Shown here piece after piece: positions 56,701 through 64,000 of a DNA stretch of 64,000 nucleotides (positions within the stretch are counted from its first letter, which is position 1; every line of letters starts with the position of its first letter). The DNA comes from Tubiluchus corallicola (lineage: Eukaryota; Animalia; Priapulida). A model generated the notes under the pieces. It was not told the DNA's origin and ran no database searches. It worked only from the letters and a program-made list of their open reading frames with translations. Made by a program: the position numbers and the translations under genes. Location of the stretch: positions 186,001-250,000 of the forward strand of contig JAQGDQ010000040.1 of NCBI GenBank assembly GCA_030141605.1, read 5' to 3'.

Positions 56701-59700
56701 AGGAGTGACATATAGGTTAAAGCTTATTTACAATTGCTAAAGGCAAAAATTATTAAAACTTACATGCTTCATGTTTTTCTGTGCAATTGCTTCATGGCGC
56801 AATTCAGCCATTTCTTTCTCAACGTCCTTCTTTCCTCGAAAGAATTGCAGCGCTAGAATAACAAAAAGTAAGAAAATGATACAAACAAATGTTCTGTAAA
56901 ATAACTTAAATTGAGAAAAAATATTTTCATCAATTTCCAGCTAGTATTAGATATTTATTAACTTGACTGAAATTATCATTAGATATTAGAGAACAAAATG
57001 AAACATGAAGATGGTCAGGATAAAGAGAAACAATTTTATTCCTCCGTGCTCGTAGAGCTTTAGTCTAGTCTAGCTAATCCACTTTTGAGTCACAACTTTC
57101 TAGTTTGCTAGACAAATTTAGTACCAGAAACCCAAATGCAAAAGTATTTGGAAAACAAGGGCATGCTTGACGTAATCTGTTCTACTGTATAGTTTTTTCA
57201 GTTGTAAGTCGGGCAAATGTCATACATACGTAAAAAGAAACACGAAAAATAGTTCAATACTTCTACGGGACCCTTTTCCTACATTCTGCATAATACTGCA
57301 CTTAGTGAAACACTTTTTATTGTAGCTTTAACAGATCTTCGTAGTAATCAACACAAGTTGATAACACCGACTATAAGCTTCTATCATCTGGACCACTTGC
57401 TAGTTCACAGGATGTACATGTCTTTGTCATCAACACAACATGACATTGATTAAGCCCAAATTAGTGGCATGGCACCTAGGAAATTAGGTAGAAAATCAGA
57501 CAAAATTTTAGGCACTGCCTGTGGTAACAATAAAAATTGGGAATTGTTAGGCAGCAGACAAATAATGTCATTTTAACTTCTCCAAATGAAGTGATTAACA
57601 GAAAATTTTAGGCACATCCTGCGGTAACAGTAAAGAATGGGATTTGTTAGATGGCACACAAGAAAAAATGTCATTTTAGCTTCTCGACATGAAGTTTTAC
57701 CAAGGAAACAAAAGAAAAAAAAGAACCTCAAATAAAAAGATAGCAAATAATAAAAATCACATAGTAACAAAACTTACATAAATGTACACCTAATAAAATG
57801 GCTCAAAATTTACTTTTTACACATATCTACAGTTATACTTGATATGAAAAAATATTTATCCCAACATAATTGCATTAGAAGGTGCATAAATGTACGTCAT
57901 TTAAGAAATTTTCCTACCTTTCTTGGCCTCATCCTCCCTCCCTTTTTTCACCAACAGGTAACGAGGACTTTCTTTAGAAAATGGCAGAGTCCACAGCTGC
58001 AGGACAGAAGTAAAGGCTGTGAAACCTGTAAAAACCAAAAGATTTTTCTTATCCCTCACAAAAAGAAACAAAATGGCAGAGGTTTTTTACACTCACCCCA
58101 TATTAGTCTTTAGGCATGTAAATGATGCTAGTTAAGTATCATTATTTCCACTTGAGCTTCCAGAGCTTCATGTTAATTACTAAAGAATAACAAATAATAA
58201 AGTCCGGAATGCAAAGCCTTCTTCTTCTTCTGGTGCTCTAAATATTTATTGTACAAATTGAGCCTTCATCCATTATTAGAGTACTCCACTATTTCCTGGC
58301 CACAGCCAAAGTTTTCAACTCCCATGTTGCTATTAAAAAGTTTAGTCTCATCTGTCTTGTAAACCTTTATTAATTCTTGATATCCAAGTTGTTTTTGGTT
58401 TGCCTGGACGTCGTTCAGAAGGTTTCAGAGACTGGTTTAATGCTAATCTTACTGGTGTTGTTTCTGACAATCTCATTAAGCGCCCTACCCATCTTAGCTT
58501 CCTGATTCTGATTTTAGTGCTCCAAAGTTTGTCTTTGATTCTGTTATACAGATGCTCATTTGATATGACAATGGCCATTTTTTGTAAACTTTTTCTGAGT
58601 AGACTTCTGTGGAATATATCTATACACTGAACCAACAATATTTTGGAAAAAATTTCCTCCCTCCCTACTGATGTCTTTTGAGCACGAGGTGAGACAGAAA
58701 CCATTTTTTGTGGCCGGCCTTACAGAGCTACTGCAAGTAACCCAAAATAACAACAACACTGAACCAAACTAAATAAAGATTACAAAATTACAGATACAGA
58801 AGGCTTACTTAGTAAAATGGGCCAGAGCTGTTCATTTCCAAACACTTGAGGAAGTCCCAGAATTGTAGCCATCAACATGGAGGATGCAAATCCCAGCTCA
58901 TACAGTCCTCCCAGGGCTCCTCTCAGATGCCTAGGTGCAATTTCCATGAAATAAATTGTCGCCACTGAGCACAAACCTGCAAGAGTTCATTAACTCTATT
59001 TGATAAAAACAAATTAATCTTCAAAACACACAATCTTATACAAGTTTAATAATTGCGTTGTACTGATGATATACAAATGCACAATTAATGTGGGTTTGAA
59101 TTTTGCTATTTAAATAAATCAAAGTTAAAATAAATCTAACTAGTGGACGTTTTCGGCTGTGTCAAAAACTGTGGTAAGATTCTGCTTCTGTGACAGGAGA
59201 TCCTTTATGTGAGAGCTTTTGTTTTTAAAATAGTTAATATAATATATGCAAGTACTGCTGTACTTGACATTAAAAGCTTCAGTGAATTTGGAAAACTTGT
59301 CACATGTGAAAAATAAATTCTATTCTATTCAATACTTTTTCACCAGTGGTCTGTAGCAGAAGGCTGTGAAGGGCATATTGCTTCCGTTGAATTTGCCATG
59401 TTTGAGAACCTAAGTTAGCACTTGCATTTCGTTTTAGGAAAAAAGTATAATATTTTGACAGGTGACCAGTCACCCATCTAATTATTAACTAAGTTTTGTG
59501 TTGCTTTTCTTTGTAAGCAAGCACTCAACATGGTCACACAGGTAACTTCTTCACAAGTTATTAGTTACTTGCAGAAAGTTACAAGCTAATTAATTCTACC
59601 ATCAGTAGTGTTATAAACCCCTCTACTATTGGAATGTGCCCTGTGAGTTTTGTAAATCTAACCTGGTATGGTGTGTGAGTTATTGAAAAAAAAGGCACAA

Positions 59701-60238
59701 ATAAATAAATAAATAAAGAATAAAAACCAGGGTAAATCAAGAAGAAGCTGCTGTAAGCAAAATCTTAATTAGAAGTTCAGAATCACTTTAGCATGAGCGA
59801 TCTAACATTGGAAATATGCAAACTGGCAGGTCAGCTATAATGAGCACTGGGAAACATGGTAGTCAAGCTGTTATGGCATCTGCCTTGCAAGAAGAAAGTC
59901 CCTGATTCAAATGAATATGCACAGCATTCCTTATAATTGCACACAAAGCTCATTTTTCACATTTTTGCAAATAACTGCTTAATTTTTCTACTGGCATAAA
60001 TTTTATAGTTATGTAACTAGAGTCTGTAATATTGGAAGTGCATTGTTCTAATTTTTAATTTGAGCACTGCAGCATACATGAATAACAAACACTGCTGAAT
60101 GTTTAATTTTTACCTGCCACAAAACCAAAAAGGAACCTTCCTACAATGATCATCTCGAAAGACATAGCATGTTTGGAGAAGCCCATCAAGCTGGCTGCAC
60201 CAAAGATGACAAAATTGATACAAAGCATCATCCTTTTT
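53722..60238 (-). CDS. SLC2A/GLUT-family facilitated transporter (MFS sugar-porter fold), last eight exons; 5' exons not found in window
   Basis: Exons 60238-60114, 58976-58809, 58025-57918, 56852-56764, 55896-55798, 55258-55046, 54458-54386 and 54134-53722 splice in frame. Motifs SFEMIIVGRF, EIAPRHLRGALG, ESPRYLL, YYST, ERFGRR, ELF...RPAA, PETKG. The specific orthologue cannot be assigned. Confidence 0.92.
57500..57690. repeat. Old ~100-bp tandem duplication in SLC2A intron
   Basis: Two diverged copies of AAAATTTTAGGCAC..CCTG.GGTAACA.TAAA.A.TGGGA.TTGTTAG...AATGTCATTTTA.CTTCTC. Confidence 0.7.
58218..58690 (-). mobile_element. 5'-truncated RTE-clade non-LTR retrotransposon relic
   Basis: Minus-strand peptide ISNEHLY...IRIRKLRWVGRLMRL...RRPGKPKTTW matches the C-terminal region typical of RTE ORFs; (GAA)n tail at 58231-58218. 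Confidence 0.75.
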
Positions 60239-60939
60239 CTGAAAAGAAAAACAAATGTTATCACAATCCACTTCAGTGACCTCATAATTTTTAGAAAACA
60301 AATCACTTTTTATTATAAGTCATCATAAATATATTCAGTAAATAAGTCATGAGTCAATTCTTTGTGATTTAGCACATTTTTAAATTACTCTCCAATCAAT
60401 GTCACTAGAAAAGATTTCCATAAAGAAGCAGCTATAGGAAGACATATAATTATGAGGTCAGTGCATATTAGCTTGACCACATGCCTGACAAAACAAACAC
60501 CAAAAAATTTATATTTTCAAAACCAGCTTATTGAGAAATAGCCTTGATCCTAAGAAAAAGGATCACAAATAAACTGAATTTCACCACACTGTAGTGTATT
60601 GTTACTGGACTCATCTCAAAAATGGGGACCAAAACGAGCAGTCCTATGTCACAGATGCAATAGAAAAAAATTATATTTCGCAAATGCAGAGAGCTAGGGT
60701 CATGATCCATTAGCCTGCATCTCCTGCAGTTTTTGAGCTAAGGCCACAATTTGTGGTATAGTTTTAACAGGGACGGGGTATCTTGTTTATGATTAATTTA
60801 GCCCATATGCGTACGGGAAAATTTCCCGCTAGGGGCCAAAAGCTGAAATTGGGATGTCAGGCACACAGACTTTTCAGTGTCGGGCAACAGTGGTTCTGTT
60901 GTAATATATCCTACTAAGGTCTCAATGAGACACATTGAA

Positions 60940-62402
60940 TAGTATCTGACACCATTAAATCGAAATAGGCAGTTTAAAATCACTTAAGCTTACTGGTTTA
61001 GCTCGTAGTGATTTTTCAGTCCTCATGGCGGGCGAAAAAGGTGACCTCAATTGACCTATGGCTTTCACTTTCTATTCTGCTTTGTGTTCTCTATCATGAT
61101 TGTCTCTGTTCTTCGGGCTTAATCCTTCGGGGTATTTCTTCTTGAAAACTGTTGCATCTTGAACAATATAATATTTTCGTTTCTTGCTTTGTTTGTGAAT
61201 GTCCTTCAGAAACTTGAATTTTTAAAGTTTGTTAAGTCCCTGACTTTCGCAAGCGGAATGGCACATTAAGTTTATCCGCTTGTAGGAGCTATTTTATTCA
61301 AAAAAGTTCATTTAATTAATCTAAAGGACTAAGATTTAATACTGTCATTTAGCATGCACAATTAATAAACAGGGCTTACTTCAAAAAATTTGATGTCACG
61401 AGCGATCCACAACTGAGAAAACCCGCATCCAGCACCCTTTACAAGTAAGGTGCCCATTTTCAATGGGTGTTGTTCTCGGTTTGTAGAAAAACAGTTTCGT
61501 CCGAAGTGTTTACCTTTCGTATGCTGTTACTAAGCGGGCGGGCGTTAACGTCTACGCGTACGCGAAAATAACATTAGTAACACTACGGTCGTGTATTCAC
61601 CCCTAAATACAACGTACTACAATCTGTAATTACTCAGTGGCAACCATAGTGAATTTAGACGACGTGGGGCTACTATATGGCTGTTTATGGCCTCACTCGC
61701 TCAAATCTTACTATTGCCAAGCTTAGACTAAGTTTGAAAGTAACAATGGATATATTTACATTTTTACGATGCATTTATCGAGATTATACTAATTATCATA
61801 ATAAGGTTTAGTGGAAGAATGTGCATGTTATTAAAGTTTATCAATTGAGTATACGTTGAAAAGATAATGAATTATCAAAACAAGAATCTATGGTACAATT
61901 TCTTGAATCCATCCCTGCATCCCCAGTTTTGGTTTTTGTCTCTTTTGGGATCAGGGGTCAACAAATCTGTGCATAACTCACAGGGCCATCTCACGGCATA
62001 GGCGAACTGCCAATTGCCCAGGGCCTCACGATTCTAGGAGCACCAAGCTGGACCAAATAGTTATCATCTGTATGTTGAAAGTTTGTTTTTCAAAGCCAAA
62101 GATCAAAATATATTATTCAAAAATTGGTGTTGTTTTTCATGTCTAAACATTGCTTTCTGTGAAAGTATTTCTATGAGTGGGTAGATGTGTTCAAGATGTA
62201 GCAGTTTTAAAGAAGAAATACCCAAAAGGATTAAGCCCGAAGAACAGAGACAATCATGATAGTAGACACAAAGCAGAATAAAAAGCGAAAGCCATAGGTC
62301 AATTGAGGTCACGTTGTTCGCCCGCCATGATCACTACGTGCTTAACCAGTGAGCTTAAGTGATTTTAAACTGCCTATTTCGATTTAATGGTGTCAGATAC
62401 TA
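60940..62402. mobile_element. 1.46-kb non-autonomous DNA element with ~220-bp terminal inverted repeats
   Basis: Arms 60940-61165 and 62187-62402 are reverse complements, starting TAGTATCTGACACCATTAAATCGAAATAGGCAGTTTAAAATCACTTAAGCT. The terminal TA may be a TSD. A CAGGGCC-type hAT-like end is nested at ~61981. Confidence 0.8.
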
Positions 62403-64000
62403 CATATGTTTGAGCTAGAAAATTTATAAACATACAGTTCTACGATATCAGTGTAATTGTTATTTGTTTGAATACAGTTACTGCGTTGATGAATGATAAT
62501 GCCTCATCAATTCATCATGGCACACATTCACACGTAACCAGTATGGCGCGTGCTGGACGCATTGATTACGTACAGCAATTCACCACAAATCGCCGGGTGT
62601 CTAGCCTATTAATAAATAGCTATACCCATCTAAGCAAAATGGTATAAAGTAGCTAAAAGTAATAATTTTATCTTTTAACTGAAAACCCAGGAAGTGGTGG
62701 GTAGTTAGTTTAACAACTCATTGTGTGTAAATTCCCTAGACGGTTATACAATAATAATTACGAGGCGGAACACAGATCAGTGCCACTGGCCATTTGGCGG
62801 TGAGTGTGTAAACCAAAGGTCCTCAAAAGGGACGCACTCTCTAGGGAGGCATTTCAAATTTAAGGAGAAGAGTTTTTTGCTGGAGGAGGAACTGGCGAGC
62901 AATTTAGTCGGAAAAGAAATTCCAAATTGTGAAGCAGTGTACTCTGTGAATGTACTAGCATACAGGCTAATGTGGGCTGGGTACTAAAACTCAATTGAAA
63001 AATTTGTATCGCCGGAATTTTATTATTACCACCCTTTTTTCTTAATAAACCGCTTATACGTCTTAAAAACACATTTGCGCGTTGAAACAAATTTTATTAT
63101 ACACCTAATCAAGATTTATTTTTAATAAGGATTTCTTTATTATTTGATTATAATTAAAACAAGAAATTTAGTTACTTAATTTGTTTTAATAAATGCTGCT
63201 GCAAAAAGACGGTTTTGAAACATTTACTACATGACAATTCAAAATTGAGCACAAATCAAGAAAACTGGGTTTCTAAAAAAAGTCAGAAAATACGTGTTTA
63301 GAGAAATTTGGGAACAGCGAATAAGGTTTACTACGAAATAGGCGAATCTTTTTCGCTACAGTCTAAACAGTTAGCACAAAATGCAGTCTCAACAGCAGGA
63401 GATCTGGGGAAAATATATCTTCTCTGGCCGGTTAATCATCGCCTTCATCGCGTATTTTTGTTCATGGTCAGTGCGTGGCATTTTCAAGAAAGAATCTGCC
63501 TGGTGGCTGAACACGTGATCACCTCGTGTTTCATCTGCTTTCAACTGAATGGCACTGATCAATAATCCACCTAGACTTGCTGCTAGGGGAAGTCTAGAAC
63601 AGGAATCAGCTTCATTCCCAGGCTAAGGACATTTCAATGGCTTCTATATACGATTCCGAAACTCGGGACTCAGGTTTCAAATTTGGAGGCGGCTGATTAA
63701 AATTCGATATAAATAATTCTCGTTTTTATTCTTTCAATACTGCGGCCACTGCTTTTACATGTAGCTAACTGGACACTGTAGGCTTTTTTTGCTTCGCTGC
63801 TGACCTATTTCATTTGTAACGCGTAGAACACAGCTTTCTCTAACAAAACAACAACATCGCGGTCTCAAGCAGGCAGAAAAAATTAACTCACTGAATTTTG
63901 GGAATACGGAATCCGCTGAAGCTACACAAGAAGTGCAGAAGCGTAATGAAGAAGCCAAGATTTTAATATAAGCAAAATTCAGTTCTCACAGAAAAGACAT

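Noticed and set aside
62721-63958. Several short ORFs that might be transposase relics or SLC2A 5' exons
   Set aside because: No GLUT TM1-TM2 motifs and no recognisable transposase motif; left unassigned.

Overview
AT-rich genomic DNA from an animal, most likely an intron-rich invertebrate; the taxon cannot be fixed from sequence alone. Spliced genes were rebuilt by hand from splice signals and recalled protein similarity. They are: the last three coding exons of MIX23/CCDC58 (+); two divergently oriented small secreted Gly/Tyr/Arg-rich paralogues (- at 5.6-6.8 kb, + at 18.5-21.2 kb); a complete GCDH (-) head-to-head with a complete FARSA (+) across 332 bp; and the last eight exons of an SLC2A/GLUT-fold transporter (-). 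Between the Gly/Tyr genes lies a near-intact ~6.3 kb CR1/L2-group LINE. Its ORF1 carries an SGNH esterase. Its ORF2 begins with a ~220-aa multi-pass membrane segment joined to APE-RT through a 2A-like NPG/P motif; this is the strongest candidate for an undescribed system. Other notable observations: the GLUT-like protein has almost every hexose-binding residue replaced; GCDH intron 1 has a perfect U12-type donor; GCDH and FARSA are also neighbours in human. Many MITE-type relics are present, including a 76-bp element with a 7-bp TSD. No database searches were run; family assignments come from recalled motifs.
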